A stretch of DNA of 57,245 nucleotides, counting the filler, from Sluysia triapertura (Eukaryota), in the NCBI GenBank assembly GCA_046118255.1. It is 4 parts of 4 records of this genome, joined end to end, with 100 filler letters (N's around TTAATTAATTAA, not from the genome) between each part and the next. Parts side by side here need not be neighbours in the genome. Positions count along the whole stretch, not along the records: positions 28,504 to 42,426 come from JBJNIA010014533.1; positions 42,527 to 57,245 come from JBJNIA010250754.1; 2 more parts are not named here. One strand, given 5' to 3'. Positions within the stretch are counted from its first letter, which is position 1; the number at the start of each line of letters is the position of its first letter. Below the pieces are notes generated by a model. It did no database searches and was not told the DNA's origin. It saw nothing but the letters and a program-made list of their open reading frames with translations. Below are positions 38,181 to 52,525 of the stretch, piece by piece. The translations under genes and the position numbers were made by a program.

Positions 38181-39284
38181 CGTAGTGGCCAACACTCATA
38201 ATTTAAAATTAATCAAAATCTCATATTTGACATACACAAATTAAATTTAACCGAAACTCAATTTTCAATATAATCACACTTTTTACTATCGAACTACACC
38301 AACACAAACATCATAAAAACAACACGCGATATTTATAACACCTCATCAACTCACACATATCAACAAATCAACTAACATTTATAACCATCCATAAGACAAC
38401 AAACCCCGACATTTAATCTCGAATAACTCACAACATTCACTCATAAGATATTTTAATAAACAAATCACAATCGCAATATAAATTACACAAATCATAAACA
38501 TAATAGCATTATTCAACAACCCTAACAAGTACCTTAGAAACATAAATCATTTAAATCAACTACACCAACCTAGATCCACTTCATGTACGCATATTCATCT
38601 TTTACACTTACTAGTAATAACATTATAATATACTAAGACTTATTTTGTAATCGTCATTCAAAATTAAGACAACTTCAACCTTTCATTAAGCATTTCAAAC
38701 CATTCTATCCAATGCGTAAATCTTGTTTTTAAATTATAAATCTTCAATAAGTTTCAATAAATTATTCTAACATTCTTCATTTCACTTACAACCTAAACCA
38801 TTACATCTTTCAAAAACAAATTTAAGATAACTTTAAAGGTTTCATTATCATACTGTGAAGCAACAACTACAAATGATACATTATATACTTAGTTATTGTT
38901 GTTCCTTCACAGTATAACATTTGTTTTCCTTTTTATTTCATTTATATATAGAATAAAAGATTACCACAGAAAAAGATCATGTTCAGGCTTTTTAAAGATT
39001 TCATGCGTTTTTTTATTAATAACAATAATAATAATAATGTTATTATCGTTATTATTATCATTGTTATTATTATTATTTTTACTATCAAATGCACTTTAAT
39101 AATAATAAATTTTATTAAACTAATTACCGCCGTCATCAGTACTATTTGTGCTGATTAAAATTGTCATTAGAATGACAACACTGGTGACGGTGGTTGTTTT
39201 GTCATCAGTTAGTAAAAATCAATTTTATCATCACCCAATCAGAGTGCATATAATCCTCAATATATTTAAAACACTCTGATTTGG
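38181..39284 (+). mobile_element. LTR-like unit, copy 2 (no PPT upstream)
   Basis: cgtagtggccaacactcataat start; colinear with 17673-18746 including both hairpins. Confidence 0.8.
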
Positions 39285-39406
39285 CAGTCCAAGAAAACAC
39301 ATTACTATCTCAAAAAAATTTTTGTACTAACAAAAATAGATAGACAAAATAAAACAATTAATTAAACATCAGTTAGCGAAACTTTTACCACACGAAAATT
39401 TTGAAA

Positions 39407-40452
39407 ATGTATCAATTACGTCAAAATTTCAATTCCGAAGGTGTAACACTTAGGAAAAGGAAATTAGTTAAAAAATGTGGTGAAAACAAATGTTTATCAA
39501 CTTTGCCATTACGATTTTTGCATGTTATTCAAGAATATTCTGATTCTAATTTGAAATGGTGTCAATTCTTAAATGGTAAACCTATTTGTAATACTTCTAT
39601 GAATAAAATAACATCATCCTTCAATTATGATATACAGTGCCAAGAAATAATGAATTGGAAAAATGAATGGATTACGAAGACACATGATAACAGTTCGATT
39701 AATGATTTCATTTCTAATAAGTTACTGTCTGTTTGGTGTCGATGTGTTCAATGTAAGAAATGCAGACGAGTTAAACTGTCAACGGAAATAATGCCTACAC
39801 AATTAGAAAACGTCTCATGTAGTTTTATAATGAGACATACCCAAGATCCTTGTAAAGTGGTTGAAGATAAGAGAATTCAGTATATAAAATCAAATCTCGA
39901 AAAATTTTTGTTTTCTTTAGTTTATGAACTGCCGTTAGAATCTTCAATTAATTTCGAATGTTTCAATAATTCAGCTTTAAATATTGTCGAAATAAACCCA
40001 ACTGTAACTGCATTAGATTTTTCTCTACCTGTAAATTGTAAAGAAGTTTTCGAAATTTTCATGCTTTTAAGCAGGTGTCATACATTAATTGTGTTGCAGA
40101 AGCTATTAATCCTGTGATTTTGGATGATTGTGAAATGAGCGCGTTTCTAGAATTTAAAGCTAATCAGAAATACTTATGTCTTAGTTTTCGAAATCTTATG
40201 TTATTTTTATGTGTATCTGATCCAAAGATTTTAAAGTCCAACCCAGATATCGGCCTAAAAACAAATAAAAGGTTCGAGTTGAATGTAGATGTTCTAAGAA
40301 ATTACTTTTTTGTCGACAGAAAATATATAAATCTTTTTCATAAATTAGAGCATGTTAATTTAGTTAAAACATTTATTAAAAAGACCGGTCTATTTAATAA
40401 AGATGTATTGCCAACGGGCAGATTAAGGATTTTAAAATTACAAAAAAAATAA
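39407..40452 (+). pseudogene. KDM1B: Intronless LSD2/KDM1B-like fragment: degenerate zinc finger, CW finger and SWIRM; frameshift near 40050; no intact amine-oxidase FAD motif
   Basis: KKCGENKC..; WKNEWI..FISNKLLSVWCRCVQCKKCRRV..SC..DPCKVVEDKRI (cf. LSD2 WKKIWT..FMADQQLPYWVQC..CRKWRQL..RC..DHCSLPEDLRV); second frame INPVILDDCEMSAFLEF..LSFRNLMLFL..FIKKTGLFNKDVL (cf. VRPDVMELDELYEFPEY..LALRNLILAL..FMTRKGLINTGVL). Reference strings recalled, not searched. Confidence 0.8.
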
Positions 40453-42426
40453 TCATAATGAAATTCAAGAGAGTCTAAGAGGTCCCATGTTCATCAGTGA
40501 AGAGATAAAGACTTTTAGGAAGTATAAATGCAATTATGAAAAGTTAATTACATTACATGCCGATAATGGTACTCAAACACTTTCTACAAACCACGTTTTC
40601 AATGTAGATCATCATATTATGGTTCAATTTTAGTTATCCCTGTGACGTCAAAAGGTTATTATTGCACTATGTCGTTAAACAAAGACATAATATCAACTGT
40701 TGAGTTCGTTGATATAAATTTTATTATACTTTATTCTGTTTATATATCTAGATGATTATTTTTTAGTTGATAACCAACCACTCTGGATCAGTGAATTGCA
40801 ACGAGAATATTTCAGCAAATATGAGGTCAAATTTTCACAAGTAAAGAAGATTAATAAACTGTTTTCGAAAGTTAATCTTATCCAATTTTTTAGTTACATA
40901 ATAAATTATAATGATAGTCTTGTTCTAATTATGATTCATTATTTCAATATTAAGTCATTTAAGTATTGCGAAATATGACATATAAATCTAAATTAAATTT
41001 TACTATACCTTTCAAAATGTTTTGTATAATCCATAAAATAAATAAAGTTATACAACTTTACACGTAGATATGAATTATCCTTTTAATCCAGAACCAAAGC
41101 TAGAAATAGTTATTTACGAAATGAAATTATTACTCAAATACACGCACTGTATAATAAATTTAATTTTTAAATTGCTTAATAATAACAATTAAAATAGGCT
41201 CTTAACTAGAATCAAATCTGCAGATCTATATATTAAATCTCTTTTTAAACACTATTTTACAGTCTATGCCTCGGCCACGACCACCACAATTTTGATAAAG
41301 GTTAATAAGTCAATCACTTTCACGTATTATTAACTTAAAATCCCATTTTAAATCCACATTATATAATCAAGTTACTATTAATTTTGTTTATTGATCTTAA
41401 GCAAAATCATTATTTAAAATCGTCACTGCAATAAGACGAAAAACAAATCACTGACACTATTCTATTAGATTTTCTTTGTACTTTGACCTCCAATAAGTTA
41501 AAAAAATTTGTCAACAATAATAATTGTTATATTTAACTAATCTTCTTTTATACGCCACTTACGTGTTAGTCCTTAAGTGATTAAGGGACTCACTTTAACT
41601 TAAATTTATTTAGCTATAATACACATAAAAACTTACATATATATTTTATGTATTTATAACTATTTAAAATTAATCTTTAATACAAATGTAATAATTTTAA
41701 ACGAGAATTTATTATTGGCTTAAACAAGCAGAAAAGTAGTGATCGTTTGAGTATGAATTTATATCATGAATTTATATATTAAAAGTTTAAAACCCTAACA
41801 ATAGCAACTTACGAATATTATTGATTTTTTCTTTGAAAAACTCTTCCGCTATGGAAAATTGATCTGGAAACTGTTGGAAAACACGAAATGAGTAGCTACC
41901 AAAAAATTCCTCGTCTGGATAAGTTTACAAGACTATAAAAAACTCTGTTTTTTAATTTTTTAAGCTTCGCGGTTGTGATATTTATTATTAATTAGTTAAT
42001 TGTTTATCAATTATTTTTGTATTTGTTATGTAATATGATTTAACATACTATTTCGTTTCATTGTTATTAATAAATTGAGCTTTAAAATTTAATATTTTGT
42101 AAACATTATTTTAATTTTCTAATTTTAAAATGATATAATATTCCTTTTTTTCATTTTTAATGTTTTATAATTTCAGTTTTTAACTTAGCACATAAAATAA
42201 ATTTACTCTGATAGTATATAAAAGATTGAGAATTGTATGGCGACTTCACTCACTTATAAGTTGAATACAATTATAAGTTAAGATCTACATGAAATAGTTA
42301 CGAAATAAAATCATTTTACAATGTGATTAGTTTTATTTAACAATGTATTTATTTTGCTTTTGAAAAATTATAATAATTATAATGAAAAACATTATTATTA
42401 TTATTATATTATTATTATTTATTATT

Positions 42427-42526
42427 NNNNNNNNNNNNNNNNNNNNNNNNNNNNNNNNNNNNNNNNNNNNTTAATTAATTAANNNNNNNNNNNNNNNNNN
42501 NNNNNNNNNNNNNNNNNNNNNNNNNN
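42427..42526. other. Artificial assembly linker
   Basis: N44-TTAATTAATTAA-N44. Confidence 0.97.
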
Positions 42527-43339
42527 CATCTGTTACTTCTCATTAATTCTTCCTTCATTTGTAACTCTACATGTCTTTTACTCATCTCTTAATCCAAAGT
42601 TGGGCAATCCCAACATCTTCCAGAAATGTAACTGCTTATATAGCAGTTTTATGATAATTAGAGAAATTAAAAATCAGAAATTGAACAAGAAGGAAATTAA
42701 AGCTGTCGACTAATTTCGCTGATTAAATATCGATAGCAATTTCCATCTATTTTGAACTTCATTATCATTCTAATTATCTAAAGATAATAGGATTTGTGGT
42801 AAACAATCCCCTTATCTTCTTAATATCATCTAATTACAATTTAAAATCATTGTTACATTACTTTTGTAACGTAATTTATCAACTTAATTTAAGGATAAAA
42901 TTAATGAAATAATAAATTTATTTCTCACAGGAATACGTTATGCGTCAGCCGTACGTTGCACCTCAAGTTCAATAACATATTTGAATTAGTATCTTTATAA
43001 GCATCAATTTGATAAGTCGTTTATTAATACTTTAAATTATAAAACTTGATTAAAATGGATAATTGTTACGTTATCTATCTTGACTTGTTTCGCGATACTT
43101 CATCATTAGCAACACTAATAAAACTCAATATTATACATTAGATCTAATATCATTATATCATGAGCAAACATCTTTACTGAGTTATCAAATTAAATAAATT
43201 AACAAATGTACTTTAATATTTCAACAAATAAAACCTTGTAAAAGGTTATTTATTCATATTTCTCATTATTTTATTTTAATTTAAGTATTTTATATACTTA
43301 CCTTACCATTACACTTCTTCACAATACCTCATCTCAATT

Positions 43340-43417
43340 CTTTAATAATGCTGAACTTATTCTGTTATCCTGAGTCCTGACCCTTACATCTACCTTTATC
43401 CTTCACTAATCCCAATA
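43340..43417 (-). repeat. Diverged copy of the TGTTGGGATTAGTGAAGG repeat
   Basis: tttaataatgctgaacttat...tgacccttacatctacctttatccttcactaatcccaata matches 13305-13381. Confidence 0.7.
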
Positions 43418-46400
43418 TTACTATTATGAGTTGTTTTATAATCGTTTCATTATTCTACTAATTATTATTATTGTTGTTTCTTCCACTTTTCCTGTTGTCG
43501 CTACTTTATTACTTTTTGTATTGTTTTTTTTATTGTTTCTCCAAAATGTGAATGATACGAATAATGCAGCTTAATGGAAATCATAAATAAACGTCTATAA
43601 GATTCTGAACTGGTTTTAAAGTTTGTATTAAAGAAATATTCAATTTGAATTCTAATCCGTACCCCATTTTGATATTAATTTGATTTAGGTGGAGTATAAG
43701 AAGTTGTGAATATCATTTTCATTATTCTCATTATTTTATTAATGTATTACATGGTATTATTATACTAATAATATTATACCAATAACCTTTTGTGCTAAAT
43801 CAGTAATTATAGTTACGGGAATATTCGGAGTAGCATACACTGCTTACATCGTATCGGTGATATCTTGTTCAAGAAAAACTAAATCAGAGTATAAGCATTA
43901 TATCAGCAATCACAATACAAAATTGGTAGCGTATTAAAACATTAATATGAAATTCGACACAGAATATCAAACATGATCCATCTGACAATTTGACAAAATA
44001 CTGCCGCGGTTTTTTTCCAAAAACCTATCTAACATAAATTTTACTCAGTTTAGAGCTTGCCTATAGGGTTTTGATTTCGAGGTCGCTTACTTAATTTTAC
44101 TATCACTTAAGCTATTTACCAATTATATTATGTGATTTATTTATTAAATATTTTATTTAAAATAGGACTGCAACAACGTATTTTAAAGGCTTATTTAAAA
44201 TAACCTTTTCAAAAACTTTATTATGAAAGGTTTTAACTATATTAAAATTATCAAAATCAATAATGATTTATTATAAAATGACCAGAACTAAAAATGAATG
44301 TAATAAATAACCGTCAGTCTACTAAATTAAAGCTGTCTAAACATTGACTGAATTATTGATAGTTTGAAGAATTTTTTTAATTTACAAACATGTTTAAAAT
44401 GGTCTTTCGAAAAATATTAAATTTTAAAGCTTAATTTAACACCGTCTAATGGTATGAAAACTTATTTAATGAATCTAACGTGATTTCAAATTATCAATGT
44501 ATCCTTTGGTCAAAAATTGATCTTCGGTTGTCCAATTAAGATTCTGAGTAATGAATTAAAGTTATCTTCGTTTGTTTTTGACAAAATTATTTTCTACATT
44601 TTCGTCACAAAGACTTTAAAATTTTCGATTAAAAAAACTTATCTAATATTAAATGTTTGTACTAACTGAACCTGCTTATATACTTGAATGATTTCTTGTC
44701 TCCGATGATAATATTTATGTTCAAAATTCTTAGATTTTTTTAAATATCCGTTTCTTGTTATAATGTTGTAATATACTAATATTCAAAATTCTTAAAATTT
44801 TTCTAAATATAATTTAAAATGCATTTTTGTAATATTACTTCAAAATCAATTAATTTAATATTAAATTTTACTATTTTTCGCATTTTACTTATTAATTTAA
44901 TAATACTAATAATTTCTTATCATTTTATCTTATTAATTTATTTAATAATTAATTTATTTATTCTTTAGTTTTATTTATTTACAGTATCAATTAAAGTTGT
45001 ATTGAAATACTCGTGAATTAAGATTGCATTTGATGGAAAATCTCAAACAAAATCAAATTTACTCGAGTTACTGATATTCGTTTCAAAGTTATCGGAAAAT
45101 AACACAAAATGATAATATATAAAAAACTAAAATATGTTGGGTTCATTATGCTGAATTGAACACTATTGAATCTTTTATAGTGGATTCAATAGTATTATGA
45201 AATTATAAAAGATTCATTGTTTTAAATTAAACAACTAATGTTTATGACAACCTTAAACGAAAAGATATCGATGGCAACATAAGATTGCGGTAATTTTACA
45301 AATGAACTTGATTCTGAAACTGTAAAATAAAAATATTTAAAACCAGATTTTACCCATATTAAATTGTAGATGTACTAATGATAATGATGAATTCACCAAT
45401 AGTATTTCAACAAATGTACAAACTGAAGTCTCAATATTAACAGATGAATCATTTTCTACAACTTATAGTGAAAATGAATTTATATCTTCAGCTCGAAACA
45501 TTAGCAATTTCATTGAATATCTTGAAAGAAAATATTCATTTTCTGATATAACATTAAAGTAATTTTTATTTTTAAATAGAATTTTATTTGTGATTTTATA
45601 ACTAGCGATAAGGTAGCTTATGAAAATTAAATGATTTTTTCTCAGATTTTAGTCCTTAATTAACTAAGGAAAATCTTACAAAAAATAAACACACAAATTC
45701 TTTATTGTAAATAAATATTAATTGGATTATAAATTGATACTGTTGACGTGATTCTCTCTGAATGATGACATACAGACTGATAACCCGGTTATGAGAGTGT
45801 TAATTTTCCAATTTACCAACTAGTGTTGTCTAACTCGATCCATTTTTGTCCACAAATATTGGCTATCTTTCTACTATTTATGTTCCTTTTTTGAAATTTT
45901 GCGTCAATTTTTTATTTGAAACATACTGTAAAACTAAATATTTTAATTTTATCTTAAATAGTTTTGCGACAAAATGAAATACAAATACCGTCAGTGGTCA
46001 TATTTCTAAAGCTGGAAGCCGATGATATTCAGCAGTAGCTCCGAGAAGTTTATAAATTTCCAAATAAATAATCGAGAGATAGTTCAACTGTAATTGGTGA
46101 AGAAAGGATAGTGTAATTAAGAATAAATCTGTAAATGTTTCACAGAGTATCACTCAAATTTTGGTTAAAAGCGTTTGAAAATTTAATAAAACATGGAAGT
46201 ACATTACTGAAAACTGATTGTACATTAAAAATTAAACTATTTCACTTAGAAATTTCAATTTTGCTTTCTCATGAAATATTAAAACATGTACTCTTACAAA
46301 TATATATTTCTTGATAAAATTATTTCGCATTTCGGAGAAAGAGCACTGTCATTCCTCCATCATTATTACTATTTTTCTTGTTTTTTTTCAAATCCATTCT

Positions 46401-46891
46401 ATTTTTAACAATATTTTCGATCTTGAGGATAGCGATCATAATATTTTGAGTGAGAACATCTCAATGAAATATTTCTTTTTCACATTGATGCCAATTTTAA
46501 ATTGTCTTCGTTTTGTAGCATAAAATATTTTATATTTTCATAAACTTAATCACCAACTCATTTGAACAGTGCTTTTACTTGCAAAAATTGCCTATTTTTC
46601 ATTAAGAGTCTTTAGATCTAGATCTATGAAGATTAAAACGATCTACATAATTATTTACAGTTGCTTCTTTTTGTGTAAAATCATGCTATTTAAACAATCT
46701 TCACTGAAGAGTAAAAATCAATTTTCAAAGTAAATAATTGTATTGTGTTGTCTAAATATCCAATTGTATTGTCAATTTGTTGACCAACTTTTATAATTAA
46801 TCAAAAAATTAATCCATTTTTAAAAATTGGAGAAATAATTGATGAGACATAATCAATAATAATATAAATTTTTAATTATAATTGTCTAACA

Positions 46892-47368
46892 CACTCATTC
46901 CGAAAGTGGTCTCTATCGACCACCAAGGGTCGATGAAATCCTGCAAGTGGTCTACGTGGGTGAAAAAAATTGGAGGTCTATGGCATTAAATTTCAAAAAT
47001 TGACATAAACAGTATAATTGATATAGTTTTGACATTAAAAAAATTACAAAAATATAAAATTGTTAATATAATTAATATCGTCGGTCTAAAACTTGGAGTA
47101 TTTTATATGCGTCTCACTCCACAGAGCTGTGAGTCTTCTAAAAGGGAAACAACTATCGGTGCTTTCACTAAGGCCGCGCGAAAATAGCATCGCATCGACT
47201 CATAAATTTTAAATTTAATTAATAAATGTGTAAAAATGTGTTGTTTCTTTACTTTGTCACACTATAGGTACTTCACTAATTTTAGAAATTTAAATCTTTC
47301 AAAGTGAATAGCAGGAGTCTATCTAAAATTGAAAAACATGACGAGAGTAAAAAGTTTGGGAATCTCTG
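46892..47368. mobile_element. Non-autonomous hAT (Buster/Charlie-like) MITE
   Basis: imperfect TIRs cactcattccgaaagt / agtttgggaatctctg; 8-bp TSD gtctaaca / gtcgaaca; repeated gtcta/gtcga subterminal motifs. Confidence 0.7.
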
Positions 47369-48240
47369 GTCGAACACATAATTGATAAATAATGATACTC
47401 TGGCAATAATAATTACTATAACAATGATAGTGACGACGATAATAATATCATCATCCTGAGAATAATAACTATCATAATTATATTAATAATAGTGATGAAA
47501 ACGATAACTATTTAATGTGTTCTTGCATCGAATGGAAAGAATTTATTAGTGTATGTGTAATGAAGTAAAATTTTAGTATGCGTATAGTCATATTCTAGAA
47601 GTAATGTTAATATAATAGAGTATGAAGTATGTGATTGTTAAAATGTAATAAGTTTTGATTTGTGTGTGAGTTGTTAAGTTTTGATTGTTTTTTAATTGTA
47701 GGTTAGAGTTTTTGTATTTTGTGTTATATTATAAGGCTGAATTCACTAGAGAAGGTCAAATATAAGTAAATAAATTTTATATGAATTTGATATAAATCTA
47801 AAATACCATGTATTTAAGTTTCTATTTAAAATGGAGCTTGAAATTGAGCAAAGTATTTTATAAGGGTGGTATTTTAAACCAAATGTTAAGTAATAAAACT
47901 AAAGCACTGAGATTCCGGTAATAAGATTAAATAGCTTAAAGATAATATTAATTATCTAAAGAAATTATTTTCTTAAATAAAGTGATCAAATATTTTAATG
48001 TGCTATTTCAAATTTCAAAATAGACTCTTAGCGGATTTTTAAAAAGTTTGTAACTTAACATTTGAAAACCTAACGGTTTAGATTTTATGGTTAGCTTGGA
48101 TATTTCTGTTAATTTCGATTGTTTAGTAATATTATTCCTTATTTATGTTGATTTTCTCGAATATGTGAACGTATATTATGTGATCAGTTTGTCAGACTTA
48201 GTTAAGTTATTTTTCGAAGCAATTTTATGTTTTTTAATAA

Positions 48241-48283
<43 letters not shown>
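48241..48283. repeat. (AAT)n microsatellite
   Basis: perfect AAT run. Confidence 0.95.
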
Positions 48284-49369
48284 GTATTAAAATTGTCTTT
48301 AAAATATTTCAATTTACTTTAATTTATTGTAATAAGTAGTCAAAGTCCACTTTACATGGTCATTATATATTTATTAAAATGAATACATTTACCTGTATTT
48401 TGAATATTTACATAAAACATTAATATTATGTTATTTAAGAATATCTAATTAAAAGAATTACGGATCGTTACAAAATTAAATATTAAAAGATTAAATGTTT
48501 ATTATTAAAAAACATTTCTAAATATAAATATTAAATAATATTATAATAGTTTTTAAATTTATATGTTAAATCAAAATTTGCTTAATTATAAAGAACGAAG
48601 GTCGGACTTCTAAATGGTATAAATATATGATGACAAATTACAACTTCACACAAAGAAAAGTTTAAATATAGTTTCACGTTCGATTTTTGAAAATATAAAC
48701 AAATAGTTTTAGACAAGTTTTCTGGATAAAAAATGTTGGTGTTTTTCTTAGCAAAAAAAGTAAATTAGAGTCAAAGTGAAAAATAAATAATTAATTGCGA
48801 CTTTCATTCAAAAATTTATGATTGCTTTTCCGGATGTTGAATGCATTTGAAAATCAGGAAAATCAGTATTGATGATATAGAAATCATATTTTGTATTTAC
48901 AATTTTATAAAGCGATCTTCACTCTATCCTTAATCATAAATTTTAAAGAATGCTTATAATTACAACCATAAATATTAGAATTTTGGATCTTTGACAAAAT
49001 TTAATTATTATCAAAAACTTAAATTTTCTTTTACATAACTTTTTACGATACTTGCACTATATTGTTGTTTTTTTCGACTATTATATATAAAATTATTACA
49101 TTTAATATAATAAGAAATTGATTAAATTTTATAAAATTTATTTAAATAAATTGAAGCCGTAATGCTAAAATTTGATAATTAATAAAGTCTTATTTTTATA
49201 CAATTTACAATCACTAATAACAATAAATCTCTTGATATATACTAAATCTAATGAAAACAAACAAATCAATACTTTCAAAGTGACTATACAGAATATTAAT
49301 TGATATATCGAATTTGAAGGGAGAAAGTAAAGACAATACGTATGATGATATGTAAATAACGTAATTTTT

Positions 49370-49859
49370 CTATGACGAATGTGGTTTTAATAGAAAATTA
49401 GAATTATTTGAACTAATGAATTTTGACTGCTGTTGCTGGAGAAATTCGTAGAATTGTATGGGAAGAATACTAGAATAACTGGAAAGAAACAATGGTGTAG
49501 AATTATTGATATTATTGTTTGTGATATTAGTAGAATTAGAATCGGAATTATTGTATGTTGAGAAAAACTTAGCTTGATCCGTCGATATTTTATGTGAATT
49601 ATTATGGTTTTGTAAAATATCAACTACATTAAATGTAGACTTTTTCTGATTGGAATTTGATAAAACTGGATCGAGATCTGGAATGTGAGATTCCGGCAGT
49701 GTACTTTCATTATCTTTTGATATTGGAGAAAGAACGGTATTAATTCGTTCATGTTCTTTGGAAGATGGAGTTGGTGAAAGAGTCTGTGGTGAATTAAAAG
49801 ATTCATCTAGATCATCATCATCAGCGAATTTACTATCATCAAGATTCATTAATTGTCTT
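49370..49859 (-). CDS. six3: Six3/6 exon 3 (low-complexity C-terminal region, stop)
   Basis: tttAG acceptor at 49860-49861; phase-2 join gives ..AKNG-RQLMNLDDSKF.., in frame with the 159-aa ORF. Confidence 0.85.
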
Positions 49860-50728
49860 CTAAATATAAAATTTAATTTTTTATAATAATGAATTATTGC
49901 GATAAATTAATGCAAATTAAGCATCAAATGCACAGATTATATTTTACAGATTACAATTATTTAATAAATTTATTAATTAAAAAATTTTAAACACTTTCCA
50001 AGTGGTATGATTATTAAATTAAGGAAGTAGTACAGATTATCATAAAAATTTTTAAACAATTATATGTTATTAAAATAATCTTGATTACAAATGAATTTCA
50101 CAATTTTCTCTATATTACTTTAATTGACCTACATTAAAATTATGCGTATTATTTACGGAAGTTGATTTTAATGGCGTTATATATACATTTCATTTATTAA
50201 AATTAAAATGTCAATATGAAGCCTAATCGATAAAATTATATCATTGTTGATTTCGTTAATTACAAATTTTAGATAAATGAAATATTAAAGATAAAGATTA
50301 TGATAAGTTTTAGTTTAATATTTAATTTTGTGTCATTTACTACAAGATATAGAATAGCTTCCAATACTGATGCCTATGTGACGAGACGATTTAATCGAAT
50401 TATTGTTAAATACGATCTATTGTCAATCATTAGAATCGATATTTATAATATCGTGATAATTTTGAGTAAGAAAAGATCAAATTCGGATAAGGAATTATTT
50501 CGATTACACAATTCATTATTAAGTTAATAATTATTGAAATGAGTATTTTAATATTCAGATAAAAATCATTCAAAGATTTTTTCAAATTTTTTAAATTACT
50601 AAGTTTTATATGAAAAATACAATATGTTTTGTTCATCTTAAATTTTGTTACTGTTTTATTGCATTCTGTATGATAAATTTTCTAAATGATTTTTTATATG
50701 AATCAACCAGTCATAATATTTCATTGCT

Positions 50729-50987
50729 TGGCACAGGCGTTATTTCTAATGAACATCGAACTGCACAGGAAAATGTTTAAGGCTTCGAATAGGGATTTAT
50801 AAAATAAAAAAGTTGCATAAATTAATTTGTCTTCAAAATGTCAAAATGTAACCTATATAAAAATTTATAAAATATATAATACAAAGTAGGAAATATAAAA
50901 GTTATATTTGACATTTCTAAGACAAAAAATTAATCAACGAAACATATCAGATCATGGTTGTACCTAGGAGAAATAACTCTGTTACCA
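50729..50987. mobile_element. Palindromic (foldback) MITE in Six3 intron 2
   Basis: outer arms tggcacaggcgttatttct / agaaataactctgttacca; inner arms tttgtcttcaaaatgtcaaaatgtaac / gttatatttgacatttctaagacaaa. Confidence 0.55.
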
Positions 50988-51067
50988 ATAATTGTTTTTT
51001 TAAATAAATAATTGTAAATTATGAAATCATTTATTTGTAGAAGATTTCTTGTTGAAGGTATTATTTA

Positions 51068-51532
<465 letters not shown>

Positions 51533-51988
51533 TTACTAATAATAAATTTATAAATTTTCCATACAAATAATATCAAGCAAAAAGAAAATAATCATTTTTG
51601 TTCAAATTATTCTTTATATTGATTAAATTAATTAAATTTTTATTATTCTTTTAACGTTTGATTTATTTGGAGTAAAAATGTCTAACTTATATAAGCATTT
51701 ATTTCAAATTATTTTTAACAATACAAGGTTTTTTAAGAAAAATTAAAATTTATATTAAAAATAGAACATTTTGTTACTTACATTTCAGAAGTTAGAAAGT
51801 TAGAAAAATTCCCGTACAACAAAAAACAAAGTTGTGAAATAAAATAATTTTAAGCATCAAAAGTATCTGGCACAATTACAAAAATGTTATTCAAAATTAA
51901 TAAAATTTCAGTAAAATGAACGACGATTAAACTTAATATTTAACTTGTCCATGTATGTAACAATATTCATACACAATTTTTCTATAAC

Positions 51989-52215
51989 CTGTGGCGTGCC
52001 GAGGTCGCGTCCCATGTAGGAGCGCCCCTGAAAATGTATAAACTAAAAAGTCTAAATAAGGTCTAAATAAATAATATGTTTATTATATATTATACATATT
52101 ATATGTATTATATTAGATCCATCCACGTGGGTAAGGCAGATAATTATTTATTGCTTTCTCTAGAAGCAATTTTTTCGCCCCGGGGTACATGCCCCCACTT
52201 TGTTCGGCTACCGTG
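51989..52215. mobile_element. Small GC-ended non-autonomous DNA element in Six3 intron 1
   Basis: GC-rich ends (ctgtggcgtgccga.. / ..gcccggggtacatgccccc..tcggctaccgtg) around an AT-rich core. Confidence 0.4.
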
Positions 52216-52446
52216 TATAATTTTAAATTATATGAATATGTTTGGAAATTATATTCTTAAATGTTACTAGAAAAGTTAAAGTGAAGATAAATATACACTT
52301 AACCTAACTATTAAATCAAATAAAATATCATACGTTGACAAATATCAAAATATAATCATAAAATAAATAAATTTAGATAATTTTATTAAAGTTTAGTAAT
52401 AACTTAAAATAAAATATTTTACATTACATTTAGCAATTAAAACAGC

Positions 52447-52522
<76 letters not shown>
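52447..52522. repeat. (AAT)n microsatellite abutting the exon-1 splice donor
   Basis: about 25 perfect units; source of the poly-Tyr in the ORF track. Confidence 0.95.
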
Positions 52523-52524
<2 letters not shown>

Positions 52525-52525
52525 C

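Noticed and set aside
45700-46150. Fanzor/TnpB-like (FRNMTTDGICISF) or hAT transposase remnant on the minus strand
   Set aside because: Only one short motif; no downstream RuvC DPG/E/D motifs or hAT HC..H motif in a consistent frame, and many stops.
47510-47740. C-poor stretch as a third, inverted copy of the LTR
   Set aside because: Composition is similar but only very short word matches are visible; not supportable by eye.
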